Part shown: one piece after another, positions 1 through 9,106 of the stretch
Layout: each line of letters starts with the position of its first letter
Numbering within the stretch: the stretch's first letter is position 1
Assembly: GCA_050742015.1 (NCBI GenBank)
Contig: JBOGEV010000012.1
Location: 326 to 64,325, forward strand
Direction of reading: 5' to 3'
Length of the DNA: 64,000 bases
Origin: Acidimicrobiia bacterium
Lineage (GTDB): Bacteria; Actinomycetota; Acidimicrobiia; Spongiisociales; ZC4RG35
Notes under the pieces: model-generated
What the model saw: only the letters and a program-made list of their open reading frames with translations
What the model was told of the DNA's origin: nothing
Databases searched by the model: none
Position numbers and translations under genes: made by a program

Positions 1-785
1 TCGCGGCCAATGCCCTGTTCAGCAATGGGCTGTGGACAGCCAATCCATTCTTGTCACTGATCATCGTGCTCTTGATCTCGATGACCACCTCCACCCTGGT
101 CGCGATTCTCCTGGAGAGGGTGGCCTATCGGCGCCTGCGGAACGCACCGAGATTGATTCCCCTCATCACCTCGATCGGGGCCTCGTTCTTCATCCAGTAT
201 GCATTTCTCGGCTTGTTCGGCGCTCAGACCCGGACCTATCCCGCTCTGTCGATCCTGGAGGGGTCGTTCAGTGTGCTCGGGTTCGAGGTCAGCTACAGCG
301 AGGCCCTGGTCATCGGGGCGGCAATCGTCATGATGTTCGGGCTCTGGATCTTCGTCGAAAAGACAAGGACGGGGCGCGCCCTCCGCGCTGTCGCCGAGGA
401 CAAGGAAATCGCCGCTCTCATGGGCGTCAACGTGAACCGAAGCATCGTCCTCACCTTCGCCGTCGGTGGAGCTATGGCCGGGGCGGCCGCGCTCTTGTTC
501 GGAGTCGTCTTCCGCACTGTTTTCTTCTTCAGCGGCTTCCTGTTCGGGATCAAGGCGTTCACCGCTGCAGTCCTGGGGGGAATCGGCAACATCTTCGGGG
601 CCATGCTCGGCGGGGTGACCCTTGGCATCGTCGAGTCGGTTGGCCCGAGTCTGGTCCTCACCGGCCTGGGTATCCCATCCGCCCACCAGCTCAAAGACGT
701 GGTCGCGTTCCTCGCCCTCGTGCTGGTGCTCATCTTCAAGCCCACAGGGTTGCTCGGTGAGCGGTTGTCAGAGGAGCGGGCCTAG
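1..785 (+). CDS. livH: Branched-chain amino acid ABC transporter permease, LivH-type (5' end outside window)
   Basis: Frame is open from nt 3 (AANALFSNGLW...), so the gene starts upstream of the window. The [11 protein letters not shown] is a polytopic permease with LivH-like segments (RRLRNAPRLIPLITSIGASFFIQ; GIKAFTAAVLGGIGNIFGAMLGG). It is followed directly by a livM-like gene. Confidence 0.85.
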   Translation, partial: AANALFSNGLWTANPFLSLIIVLLISMTTSTLVAILLERVAYRRLRNAPRLIPLITSIGASFFIQYAFLGLFGAQTRTYPALSILEGSFSVLGFEVSYSEALVIGAAIVMMFGLWIFVEKTRTGRALRAVAEDKEIAALMGVNVNRSIVLTFAVGGAMAGAAALLFGVVFRTVFFFSGFLFGIKAFTAAVLGGIGNIFGAMLGGVTLGIVESVGPSLVLTGLGIPSAHQLKDVVAFLALVLVLIFKPTGLLGERLSEERA

Positions 786-2597
786 ATGGCTCAGGCCACC
801 GAGACCACGGCTCCGGCCAAGCCGGGCGACGGGAGCCAGTTCATGGCGCCGGGTGTCGACCTGGCCAAAGCGGCCCGCGTGGGTCTGATCGGTGGAGTAG
901 CGGCATCCTTCCTATCGGCGATCGGCATGGTCACCGCTTTCGACACCCGGATGCTCATCGACCCCTACATCACTCTCGGCTACGCGGTGCTGTTCCTGGT
1001 CCCATTCGCCGTCGGCTACGTGGCCGGTCGTCCTCCGCCCCTCCTCGAAGGTCAGGAGCCGGCGCCGGTAGGACTGAAGAACGCAATCGCCGGCGCCATC
1101 GCAGGGGCCGGGACCGGCCTCCTGCTCGCCGTCACCGTGTTGATCGCCGCCAACTTCGACCTGCGGACGGTGTTCGTCAACCTGTCACCGGCGATGGTGG
1201 AGACCCTCACCTTCGGTCAATCGCTGGGAGTGGGAATCGCCTGGCTCATCGCCGGCTGTGTCGGGTTCGGGGTGCTCGGGGGAGCTGTGAACGTCATCTC
1301 GAGTCGTTGGCGGGCGCCGATCATGACCGCACTGCTCTGGGTGTTCACTCTCGCACTGCTCGAAGACCTGGTCACGCAGTTGTTCCGCGGGCTCAACCTG
1401 GACCTGCTGATCCGTGTCTTCTACGCCCCCGGTGGGGGAATGACTTCCTTGGGGGCGGCCATCGTCTTCGTCCTGGTGCTGGCGCTGGCCTTGTGGCTCA
1501 AGCGCAGGCCGCCTCAGGTTCGCCAGAAGTTCGAGGCGCTCGACAAGACCGGGCGTCAGAGATGGTTGGCGATCGGCATCGGGGTCACGGCGATCGTCCT
1601 CTATCTGATCCCGGTCGTGATGGGCGGTTTCATGAGCGAGATCCTCGACCTGGTCGGGATTTACCTCCTGATGGCCCTGGGCCTGAACATCGTCGTTGGG
1701 TTCGCAGGTCTTCTCGACCTCGGCTACGTCGCCTTCTTCGCTGTTGGCGCCTATATGACGGCGGTCCTCACCTCACCCGGCTCGCCGGCGTTCGCCCCGG
1801 AACTGACATTCTGGGCGGCTCTTCCCTTCGTGGTGCTGGCTGCGGCAATCGCGGGCGTATTCGTGGGCACACCGGTGCTGCGGATGCGCGGCGACTACCT
1901 GGCCATCGTCACTCTCGGTTTTGGCGAGATCGCCCGAATCCTGTTCCTGTCCGACTGGTTCAAGCCGGTGTTCGGTGGTGCCCAGGGCATCACCCAGATC
2001 CCATCTCCCTCCATCGGCCCGTTCGAGATCAACAATCCCCAGACGTTCTTCTACCCGATCATGTTCATGGTCATCATCGCCGCCTACATCTCGTGGGCGC
2101 TATCCCGCTCCCGGATCGGACGGGCCTGGAACGCGATGCGGGAGGACGAGACGGTGGCCGAAGCTCTCGGGGTCAACATCGTCACTGCCAAGTTGTCGGC
2201 GTTTGTCGTCGGTGCGGCCCTGGCCAGCTTCTCCGGCGCCCTCTTCGCCTCCAAGGTGGGCGCGGTCTTCCCCAACAGCTTCTCGATCGTCGTGTCCATC
2301 ATCGTGTTGGTGATCATCATCGTTGGCGGTATGGGCAATCTGGCCGGCGTGGCAGTCGGCGCCCTCGTCATCGTGGGGCTCCCCCAGTTGTTGCGGGAAT
2401 TCGACGAGTTCCGATTTCTGCTCTACGGGGCCCTCCTCATCTTCATGATGCTGAACAAGCCTGAAGGTTTGATCCCCTCCCGCCGACGTGTCGCCGAGCT
2501 CCATCAGGAGGAGATGGGCCAGGACGCATGGATGGGCCTGGACCAGGAGCAGGCGACTGCCGACAGCACCCCAAGTCCCGTGACAACGACCAGCTGA
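786..2597 (+). CDS. livM: Branched-chain amino acid ABC transporter permease, LivM-type, with long extra N-terminal membrane region
   Basis: ATG lies immediately after the livH stop. The C-terminal ~320 aa look like LivM (LMALGLNIVVGFAGLLDLGYVAFFAVGAY; GRAWNAMREDETVAEALGVN). The N-terminal ~280 aa are additional hydrophobic helices. Confidence 0.85.
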   Translation: MAQATETTAPAKPGDGSQFMAPGVDLAKAARVGLIGGVAASFLSAIGMVTAFDTRMLIDPYITLGYAVLFLVPFAVGYVAGRPPPLLEGQEPAPVGLKNAIAGAIAGAGTGLLLAVTVLIAANFDLRTVFVNLSPAMVETLTFGQSLGVGIAWLIAGCVGFGVLGGAVNVISSRWRAPIMTALLWVFTLALLEDLVTQLFRGLNLDLLIRVFYAPGGGMTSLGAAIVFVLVLALALWLKRRPPQVRQKFEALDKTGRQRWLAIGIGVTAIVLYLIPVVMGGFMSEILDLVGIYLLMALGLNIVVGFAGLLDLGYVAFFAVGAYMTAVLTSPGSPAFAPELTFWAALPFVVLAAAIAGVFVGTPVLRMRGDYLAIVTLGFGEIARILFLSDWFKPVFGGAQGITQIPSPSIGPFEINNPQTFFYPIMFMVIIAAYISWALSRSRIGRAWNAMREDETVAEALGVNIVTAKLSAFVVGAALASFSGALFASKVGAVFPNSFSIVVSIIVLVIIIVGGMGNLAGVAVGALVIVGLPQLLREFDEFRFLLYGALLIFMMLNKPEGLIPSRRRVAELHQEEMGQDAWMGLDQEQATADSTPSPVTTTS

Positions 2598-2604
2598 ATC
2601 AGAA

Positions 2605-3393
2605 ATGGCGCTACTCGAGATCCGTGAGCTGAAGAAGACCTTCGGGGGCCTCAGGGCCATCGAAGGCCTCGACCTGCATGTCGACGAGGGGGAAATCGTC
2701 TCCATCATCGGCCCCAACGGTGCGGGGAAGACCACCCTGTTCAATCTGATCAGTGGGCTGTTCCCTGTCGACGAGGGCGAGATCCTGTTCGGTGGCCGCA
2801 CCCTGAAGGGTCTCTTCCCCAACGACATCACCGAGTTGGGGCTGGCCCGGACCTTCCAGAACGTGAGGCTCTTCCCCAACATGACGGTCCTAGAGAACGT
2901 GATGGTGGCCCGGCACTGCCGGACCAAGTCGGGAATCTTCTCGTCGATCTTTCGCACCCGTCGTTTCCGTCAGGAGGAAGCCGACACCAAAGCGAAGGCG
3001 GAAGAGATCCTGGGATTCTTCGGCAGCCGACTCGTCGGGTACCGGTTCGACCAGCCCGCCTTCGTCCTGTCCTATGCCAACAGACGTCGGTTGGAGATCG
3101 CCCGGGCGATGGCCACAGATCCGAGGATGATCCTCCTCGACGAGCCGACGGCGGGCATGAACCCTCGGGAGACGGCTGAACTGACGGAGTTGATCGGAAG
3201 GCTGCGCGACGACCATGGTTTCACCATCTGCATGATCGAGCACGACATGCAAGTGGTGCGGGGGGTCTCCGACCGGGTCATCTGCCTCGACTACGGGAGG
3301 AAGATCGCCGAGGGGACGTACCAGGAGGTCGCCACCAACGAGCAGGTCATCGAGGCATACCTGGGTCGCAAGGCCACGGACGCCGCCTCGTGA
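2605..3393 (+). CDS. livG: Branched-chain amino acid ABC transporter ATP-binding protein, LivG-type
   Basis: Walker A GPNGAGKTT, signature-region LSYANRRRLEIARA and Walker B ILLDEPTAGMNP. 262 aa. Confidence 0.9.
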   Translation: MALLEIRELKKTFGGLRAIEGLDLHVDEGEIVSIIGPNGAGKTTLFNLISGLFPVDEGEILFGGRTLKGLFPNDITELGLARTFQNVRLFPNMTVLENVMVARHCRTKSGIFSSIFRTRRFRQEEADTKAKAEEILGFFGSRLVGYRFDQPAFVLSYANRRRLEIARAMATDPRMILLDEPTAGMNPRETAELTELIGRLRDDHGFTICMIEHDMQVVRGVSDRVICLDYGRKIAEGTYQEVATNEQVIEAYLGRKATDAAS

Positions 3394-4118
3394 CTGCACC
3401 AGCCGGCGAGCCGGTCCTCGAACTGCGCGACGTCCATACCCATTACGGGCCGATTCACATCCTCAAGGGCGTCAACATCACCATCTACCCCGGCGAGATC
3501 GTCTGCCTATTGGGGGGCAATGCGAGCGGGAAGACGACGACACTCAAGACCATCCTCGGTTATGTGCACCCGACCGAGGGAGAAGTCATCCTCGATGGGA
3601 ACCGGATCAGCGGGCTCGAGACTCAGGACGTGGTCCGCTCCGGGATCTCGATGGTCCCCGAGAATCGCCGCCTGTTTCAACGGATGACGGTCCGGGAGAA
3701 TCTCGAGATGGGCCACTACATGCGCGACGACGACGAAATCGACGGGGACATGGAGGAGATATTCGCGCTCTTCCCCCGGGTCAAGGAGCGTCTCACCCAG
3801 CGGGCGGGCACCCTGTCTGGTGGCGAGCAGCAGATGGTGGCGGTCGGGCGGGCATTGATGGCCCGTCCCAAGGTGTTGCTCATGGACGAGCCATCGATGG
3901 GTCTGGCGCCGGTCCTCGTCGAGCAGAACTTCGACATCATCGAGCAAATCAACGAAACAGGCACCACCGTTTTCATGGTCGAACAGAACGCAAACATGGC
4001 TCTCTCCATCGCCGACCGCGGTTATGTCCTCCAGACAGGCGAAATCGTGCTCGAGGATTCAGCTGACGGTCTGCTGGCCAACCCGCAGATGAGAAAGGCC
4101 TACCTGGGCGAAACCTGA
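3390..4118 (+). CDS. livF: Branched-chain amino acid ABC transporter ATP-binding protein, LivF-type
   Basis: GTGA start/stop overlap with livG. Walker A GGNASGKTT, signature LSGGEQQMVAVGRA and Walker B LLMDEPSMGLAP. Confidence 0.9.
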   Translation: MTAPAGEPVLELRDVHTHYGPIHILKGVNITIYPGEIVCLLGGNASGKTTTLKTILGYVHPTEGEVILDGNRISGLETQDVVRSGISMVPENRRLFQRMTVRENLEMGHYMRDDDEIDGDMEEIFALFPRVKERLTQRAGTLSGGEQQMVAVGRALMARPKVLLMDEPSMGLAPVLVEQNFDIIEQINETGTTVFMVEQNANMALSIADRGYVLQTGEIVLEDSADGLLANPQMRKAYLGET

Positions 4119-4121
4119 TTG

Positions 4122-4149
4122 GGTTCTAGGTTCTAGGTTCTAGGTTCGG
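4122..4149. repeat. Tandem heptamer (GGTTCTA) x3 plus a partial copy
   Basis: Read directly: gGGTTCTAGGTTCTAGGTTCTAGGTTCgg. It sits between the livF stop (4116..4118) and the stop of the convergent AI-2E gene (4126..4128). It encodes the last residues (NLEPRT) of that gene. Confidence 0.95.
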
Positions 4150-5352
4150 CTCGTCTTCCAGCGGCTGCAGCTCCTGGGTATCGAAGAGACGGCTCTGGCT
4201 GGACTGGCGGCGTCTGATCCCCGCGATCCGGTCCGGAGGTTCGGTGTACTCGATCATGTGCTGACTGGCCTCGCCCCAGGTCTCGCCCAGGATCCGGGTC
4301 CTCCACAGGTGCCCGACGATGATCCTGATCGCCGCAGTCATCGGCACCGCAACCAGGACCCCGAGGAGACCTGCCACGGAACCGCCAACGATGAGGGCAA
4401 GCACGATCACCAGTGGTGACAGATTGACCCTGGTCCGCTGCACCAGGGGCGTGATGACATGGTTGTCCACTTGCTGGATGGCCGTGAAGATGAGGACGGC
4501 CCATATCGCCTGGGTCACATCACCGTTGAGCAGGGCGACCAGGGCGGCCAGCGCCGCTCCCACGACCGGGCCGAGGAAGGGGATCAGGTTGAGGAAACCG
4601 GCGATGATCCCGATCAGGAGCCAGAAGGGCAGGTCGATCAGCCACATGCCGACGCTGGAGGCAAACCCGACAATGACGGCGACCAGGAGCTGGCCCCGCA
4701 CGAACGATCCGAGCGCGGTGCTTACTTCGCCGGAGACGAAAGCGAACTCCTCGCGATGCCGGGGCGGCGTGACCTCGAGGGCGTTCGACTTGAACCGCTC
4801 CAGATCGATCAGGATGTAGAGGGCCAGCACCGGGGCGAGGCCGAGCACGGCCACCGCTTCGGCGACACCTCTGATCACTTGACCGGCACCCGCCCCGAAC
4901 CCCAACAGCAGGTTCTGCACCGTTTCCTGGTTGGCCGGGTCGTTGAGCCACTGTTCGATCGCGTCCTGGCTGAGCAACTCGTCGACGTCGAGGCCGAGGC
5001 TGGCCCCGACATCCCGGACCCAGTTGATCCCGGCCAGGTAGAGGTCCGGAAGTCTCGCGCCCACCTCGGCAGCCTGTGCTCGGATCGTGGGCAGCACCAG
5101 GGCAACGATGGCGAGGATGAGGGCGATGAGAGCCAACAAGGCGAGCACCGCCGCCAACGGCCGGGGCATTCTCATCCTCTCGAAGGCCCGGACCACTGGC
5201 TCGAGGAGGAAAACGATTCCTGCACCAAATGCAATCGGAAGCCAGATGACCCGAACCGACCCGGCAACGATGAGGAGGACATAGCCGAGTGCCACCGACC
5301 CGACGGCGATCCAAACGATCAGTGCTACGCGTCTCATCCGTTCAGATGGCAC
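4126..5352 (-). CDS. AI-2E family transporter (PerM/UPF0118-like membrane protein)
   Basis: 408-aa polytopic membrane protein with the typical AI-2E C-terminal core (FLNLIPFLGPVVGAALAALVALL; QQVDNHVITPLVQ). Confidence 0.8.
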   Translation of the reverse strand: MPSERMRRVALIVWIAVGSVALGYVLLIVAGSVRVIWLPIAFGAGIVFLLEPVVRAFERMRMPRPLAAVLALLALIALILAIVALVLPTIRAQAAEVGARLPDLYLAGINWVRDVGASLGLDVDELLSQDAIEQWLNDPANQETVQNLLLGFGAGAGQVIRGVAEAVAVLGLAPVLALYILIDLERFKSNALEVTPPRHREEFAFVSGEVSTALGSFVRGQLLVAVIVGFASSVGMWLIDLPFWLLIGIIAGFLNLIPFLGPVVGAALAALVALLNGDVTQAIWAVLIFTAIQQVDNHVITPLVQRTRVNLSPLVIVLALIVGGSVAGLLGVLVAVPMTAAIRIIVGHLWRTRILGETWGEASQHMIEYTEPPDRIAGIRRRQSSQSRLFDTQELQPLEDEPNLEPRT

Positions 5353-5382
5353 GGTTTCGGATTGTAACGGTCGGCCGATCGC

Positions 5383-5979
5383 TCACCAGGAGGATGCCCT
5401 GCGACGGCGGAATGACCGATTCTTGGAACGGTTGCCACAGACGGCCATTGCGCACCAACCGCCAGAGCGATTACGCGACCGATCGAAAAAGAGCCACGAG
5501 CATTGCCGGCAAGCTTTCAATCGCGACCAGGACCCGTCGATCATCGCCTCGTGGACGATGGCGAGCAGGGAGCCGACGGCTCGCTCGACCCCGATGCCGG
5601 CGGGTGCGAGAAACAACCTCTGGTCCGGGCCCAGACGCATCGTCAGGGATACATCGGGCCCGAGAGCGTCCAGGGCGCCCGACGACTCCGACTCTTCCCC
5701 CTGCGACCAGGGGTCGGCCAGGTCTCGAAGCAGTTCTCGAAGCAGGTGCAACCGGCTGGTGTCATCCGGGGAGAGACGCCGGCCCGGATCCAGCAACGAG
5801 TGGTCGACCAGCCATTGGGCGGCGGCGGCCGGGGTGCGCAGACGGTCACGCTCACGACCCAACTCGTGGTTGTAGGTGTTGACGAATTGCTGGACCACTC
5901 GCAATGGGGATGGCGCCGGTTCCCGTCCCCCGGGCTCGACGTCCTCACCAACACGGCCCAGGTAGGCCTCACGATCCAT
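5383..5979 (-). CDS. CGNR zinc-finger domain protein (ABATE/CGNR putative stress-induced regulator)
   Basis: C-terminus reads CRQCSWLFFDRSRNRSGGWCAMAVCGNRSKNRSFRRR (CGNR zinc-finger signature). Start moved to the ATG at 5979 (MDREAY...), which has a GGAGG/GAGGTG upstream. The longer ORF-track version overlaps the convergently read 6070 gene. Confidence 0.75.
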   Translation of the reverse strand: MDREAYLGRVGEDVEPGGREPAPSPLRVVQQFVNTYNHELGRERDRLRTPAAAAQWLVDHSLLDPGRRLSPDDTSRLHLLRELLRDLADPWSQGEESESSGALDALGPDVSLTMRLGPDQRLFLAPAGIGVERAVGSLLAIVHEAMIDGSWSRLKACRQCSWLFFDRSRNRSGGWCAMAVCGNRSKNRSFRRRRASSW

Positions 5980-6069
5980 GTTCTGTGTCACCTCACCTCC
6001 GCTCCGGAGCTTCGTGACCATCAATGTTGTTTGACTGGTTAGGTGGGGGAACAATAACGTGAGCAAGAA

Positions 6070-7299
6070 ATGAAGCGACGGTTGATCTGGATCTCGCTCG
6101 CCGTCCTGGCTTTGGCCGTGACGGTCACCGCGGTGCTGGTCGCCGACCGGGAAGAGTCCGAACCGATCACAGTCGGAGCCGTCTACAACACCAGTGGCGG
6201 CATGAAGTGGCTGGATCAGCCCGGAATCGAAGGGCTGCTGCTTGCAGCCAACCAGATCAACGACGAAGGCGGCGTTCTCGGCCGGAATCTGGAGGTGGTC
6301 GAGGTGGACGGGACCACCGACACCACCGAGATGTCTCGCCTCGTGTCCGGGCTCGCCTCGAACGATGACATCGTCGCCATTGCCGGAGTCAATGACCCGA
6401 TCCACGCCATCTCCCCGATTCGCGGGGCCCTGCGCAGGGCGGACGGGGGGCTCATCACCTTCTCCCACTCCGAGATGGCCCTGGCGGTGGGGAGGGTGAC
6501 CGGGCCTGCCGGGTTGCCGTTCGTGACCGCGGGCTCCACGCTTTCGTCCCTTCCGGACGAGGTCGGCGATGACCTGTTCATGGTCGCCGCGACCCATGAC
6601 GCCGAGGCATCTGCGGCGGCCGATCATGCCTGGGAGGAGCTTGGCGGCCGTCGAGCCTGGATCCTGGCAGGAGAGGGACGGGACTTCGCAGCAACTCTCG
6701 CTTCGTCGTTCCAGCAGCGCTGGAGCGCGCTCGGCGGCGAGATCGTCGGCACGGACTCATTCCTGCCTGGCGAGCTGCAGATCTCCGAGCAGATCGGCCG
6801 GCTTCAGGCTCTGCCTGTGGAGCCCGACGTGATCTTCATCGCCAGTCTTCAAAACGACGGCGGATACCTGGTGCAACAGCTGAGGGGGGCGGGTTTGGAC
6901 CAGCCGATCCTGTTCGCCGATGTTGTCGACCCTCGCTACATAGCGGCCATGGCCGACGACGTGTCCGACGTCTACATGGCGTCTCACGGGACGCTGGTCG
7001 ACTCCGGCGATGCCATCCGGGAATTTGTTGCGGCCTACGAGGCCGAATATCAACACGCTCCCGAGAGCGCAACGGCCATGTTGGGCTACGACTCGATGCG
7101 TCTGATAGCCGATGCGGTCGAACGTGCGGGCTCGGCAGAGCGGGACCAGATAAGTCAGAGCCTGGCGGCGACCCAAGACTTCGACGCGCTCACCGGCCTC
7201 CTCTCATACACCTCGAACGGAGTGCCCGCCAAGACGATCACGATCATGAAGTACCAGGACGGGGCGCCCGTGGCTGCCACCGACATCGTGCCGCACTGA
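6070..7299 (+). CDS. ABC transporter substrate-binding protein, type-1 periplasmic binding fold (Leu/Ile/Val-binding-like)
   Basis: N-terminal signal/anchor (MKRRLIWISLAVLALAVTV). LivK/Amino-acid PBP1-like body (ITVGAVYNTSGG; GVLGRNLEVVEVDG; YDSMRLIADAVERAG). Probably the binding protein for the nearby liv permease/ATPase genes. Confidence 0.8.
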   Translation: MKRRLIWISLAVLALAVTVTAVLVADREESEPITVGAVYNTSGGMKWLDQPGIEGLLLAANQINDEGGVLGRNLEVVEVDGTTDTTEMSRLVSGLASNDDIVAIAGVNDPIHAISPIRGALRRADGGLITFSHSEMALAVGRVTGPAGLPFVTAGSTLSSLPDEVGDDLFMVAATHDAEASAAADHAWEELGGRRAWILAGEGRDFAATLASSFQQRWSALGGEIVGTDSFLPGELQISEQIGRLQALPVEPDVIFIASLQNDGGYLVQQLRGAGLDQPILFADVVDPRYIAAMADDVSDVYMASHGTLVDSGDAIREFVAAYEAEYQHAPESATAMLGYDSMRLIADAVERAGSAERDQISQSLAATQDFDALTGLLSYTSNGVPAKTITIMKYQDGAPVAATDIVPH

Positions 7300-7318
7300 T
7301 CCCCGCCAGGTGAATTGG

Positions 7319-8179
7319 TCAGCCTTCGATGACCGTCAGCGAAGATCCCTGACCCACCGAGATCACCCAACCCGATCCGGCAACAGGGCTCTCGAACCCG
7401 TCGCTGCTTGCGAGCCATCCGGCCGGCACTGCGGCCTGACCGACCACCCTCGCCGGGACACCGGCGGGGACTGTGACTTGGAAATCTCCCGAGACGGTCA
7501 CGACCACGCTGTCCGTGACCGAGCCCAAGATGGTCTCCCCTCCTCCGTCGAGTTGAAGGGAGGCGAGACGGAGACGGCTCAGGTCGGCTTCGACATCACC
7601 TCCGAGCGACAGACTCCAGACCGGGGCCTCATCGAGGTCGAGCTGCCAGCCGGCAAATGTGTACAGGCCCGGATCCTCGGAAGGGCTGATGGCCACAGCG
7701 ATGTTGGCCCCCTGGATCTGCTCCACGGCAACCGGCGGCCCGATGTCCCCTCCCCGGCGCACCGGCTCCACCGAGTACAAGAACCCAGATTGGCCGGATC
7801 CGACCTCGAGCCTGCCTTCGATGCTGGCGGACAGGGCGCCCGTCGCGACTGAGCCGGCCTGGGGGCCATTGAGGTTGGTCGACGCCGACGGCATGGCGGG
7901 CCAGCCGAGGACGTGGCCGGTGACGAACAGTCCGAGGACGATCAGCCACAGGATCGGGACCAAGGCCATCACCCGCACCCTCCCCCAGCGACGGCCCCGA
8001 GCCAGGAGGGTGAGGCCCAAGAGCAGGAGCCAAACCGGCCACCAGGCGATGAAGTCGTGGAAGACCGAGCGGCTGAGGTAACCGAGAAGGGCAGCGGCAA
8101 CGATGAGAGCCAACCCCAGCACGGGCAGGGTCCACGCCCTGGGCACCCCGCGGCGAGCGCCACCGGAGCGATGGGTCAT
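7319..8179 (-). CDS. Hypothetical membrane protein (4 N-terminal TM helices plus beta-rich C-terminal domain, LiaF/DUF-like)
   Basis: 286-aa ORF whose start overlaps the upstream gene's stop (ATGA at 8176..8179). N-terminal hydrophobic helices are followed by a repetitive beta-strand-like C-terminal half. No family recognised with certainty. Confidence 0.6.
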   Translation of the reverse strand: MTHRSGGARRGVPRAWTLPVLGLALIVAAALLGYLSRSVFHDFIAWWPVWLLLLGLTLLARGRRWGRVRVMALVPILWLIVLGLFVTGHVLGWPAMPSASTNLNGPQAGSVATGALSASIEGRLEVGSGQSGFLYSVEPVRRGGDIGPPVAVEQIQGANIAVAISPSEDPGLYTFAGWQLDLDEAPVWSLSLGGDVEADLSRLRLASLQLDGGGETILGSVTDSVVVTVSGDFQVTVPAGVPARVVGQAAVPAGWLASSDGFESPVAGSGWVISVGQGSSLTVIEG

Positions 8180-8742
8180 TCGGTGTAGCCGGTGCCCAGC
8201 ACCAGCACCACGTCCGCGCCCGGCTCCAACTCGGGATCCGGTATCGGCTCGACCACGGCGCCGGGCAGGAACTCGAGCAGGGCGTTGGCCTCGGGGGCGA
8301 AGCCCTCGCGGTACCAGACCCGGGACGGGTCCTGAGCCGGTTCCAGATCGCCTGCCTGCTGGGTCTGGTAACCGGCATCGGCGAGTTGCTGGGTCTTCCG
8401 GCCGGCTGCTCCGTCCAGCCCGATCGAGTTGAGGACGATGACACGCACTTCGCCGGGGGGGCGAACCGGGATCGTGGTCGCGGCCAGGGTGGTCGGGGTG
8501 GTGGTGGTCTCCGCCGCGGTCGTCGCTGTCGAGGACGCCGTCGAGGACGCCGCCGACGTCGTGGTGCTGCTCGATGACGATGACGGTGCCGTGGTGTCGC
8601 CGGCTACCGGGTCGGGATCGCCGGCGAACAGGTAGAGGAGCAGGAAGACCGCGGCGCCGACCAGGAGGATGCCGACCACCATCATGACCAGGTCCCGGTA
8701 GAACGACCCTTCGGTGCCTGAGGCATGCCTTCCCCGGTTCAC
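8176..8742 (-). CDS. LytR C-terminal (LytR_C) domain membrane protein
   Basis: Single TM helix (MMVVGILLVGAAVFLLLY), a Ser/Thr/Ala-rich linker, then a LytR_C-like end (VRVIVLNSIGLDGAAGRKTQQLADAGY ... DVVLVLGTGY). Start set to the GTG at 8742, which overlaps the DUF3263 stop (GTGA). Confidence 0.75.
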   Translation of the reverse strand: MNRGRHASGTEGSFYRDLVMMVVGILLVGAAVFLLLYLFAGDPDPVAGDTTAPSSSSSSTTTSAASSTASSTATTAAETTTTPTTLAATTIPVRPPGEVRVIVLNSIGLDGAAGRKTQQLADAGYQTQQAGDLEPAQDPSRVWYREGFAPEANALLEFLPGAVVEPIPDPELEPGADVVLVLGTGYTE

Positions 8743-8972
8743 GATGCGGCCACCTCGTCGGTCGTTTCGGGGTCGATCATTGCCCGGATCCGGGCCACGG
8801 TGAGAGGATCGAAACGGGCCGACTCGGGCAGGGCAACGATCCTGATCAGGTGCTCGTAGTAGTCGGCGGCGGGCAGGCCGAGGCTCAGCTCGATTGCCTG
8901 GTCTTTCGGACCCGGCTCCAGCCACCAGCCTCTCTCGAACTCGAGGACGGCTCGATCCCCATCGCTGAGCAT
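8739..8972 (-). CDS. DUF3263 domain protein
   Basis: 77 aa beginning MLSDGDRAVLEFERGWW... The DUF3263 plus LytR_C pairing is typical of actinobacteria (recollection). Confidence 0.7.
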   Translation of the reverse strand: MLSDGDRAVLEFERGWWLEPGPKDQAIELSLGLPAADYYEHLIRIVALPESARFDPLTVARIRAMIDPETTDEVAAS

Positions 8973-9106
8973 GAGGATGAGGGTATTTCTCGACCTGGAT
9001 TTAGTTGAGGATTTGATCGTGGGCTCGTCACGCGGAGGGAGTAGAGGTGTTACGCCTACCGAGCCAACGGTCGGCGTTTTGCCACCACCTCAACGGGCCG
9101 GGCCGG

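Noticed and set aside
1511-1521. cctcaggttcg inside livM, identical to the right arm of the DUF559-flanking repeat
   Set aside because: It is an isolated 11-mer within coding sequence, with no partner arm or core hairpin. It is most likely coincidence in a GC-rich genome.
5980-6627. N-terminal 216 codons of the 414-aa ORF 5383..6627(-). Other long N-terminal extensions of ORF-track entries are 9278..10177, 9880..11616, 18196..19656, 24457..26280, 27285..28604, 36176..37708, 38359..39801, 39662..40597 and 61063..62859.
   Set aside because: The extensions overlap neighbouring real genes and translate to Arg/Pro/Gly-rich junk. The recognisable domain in each case begins at an internal ATG/GTG that forms a start/stop overlap or follows a Shine-Dalgarno site.
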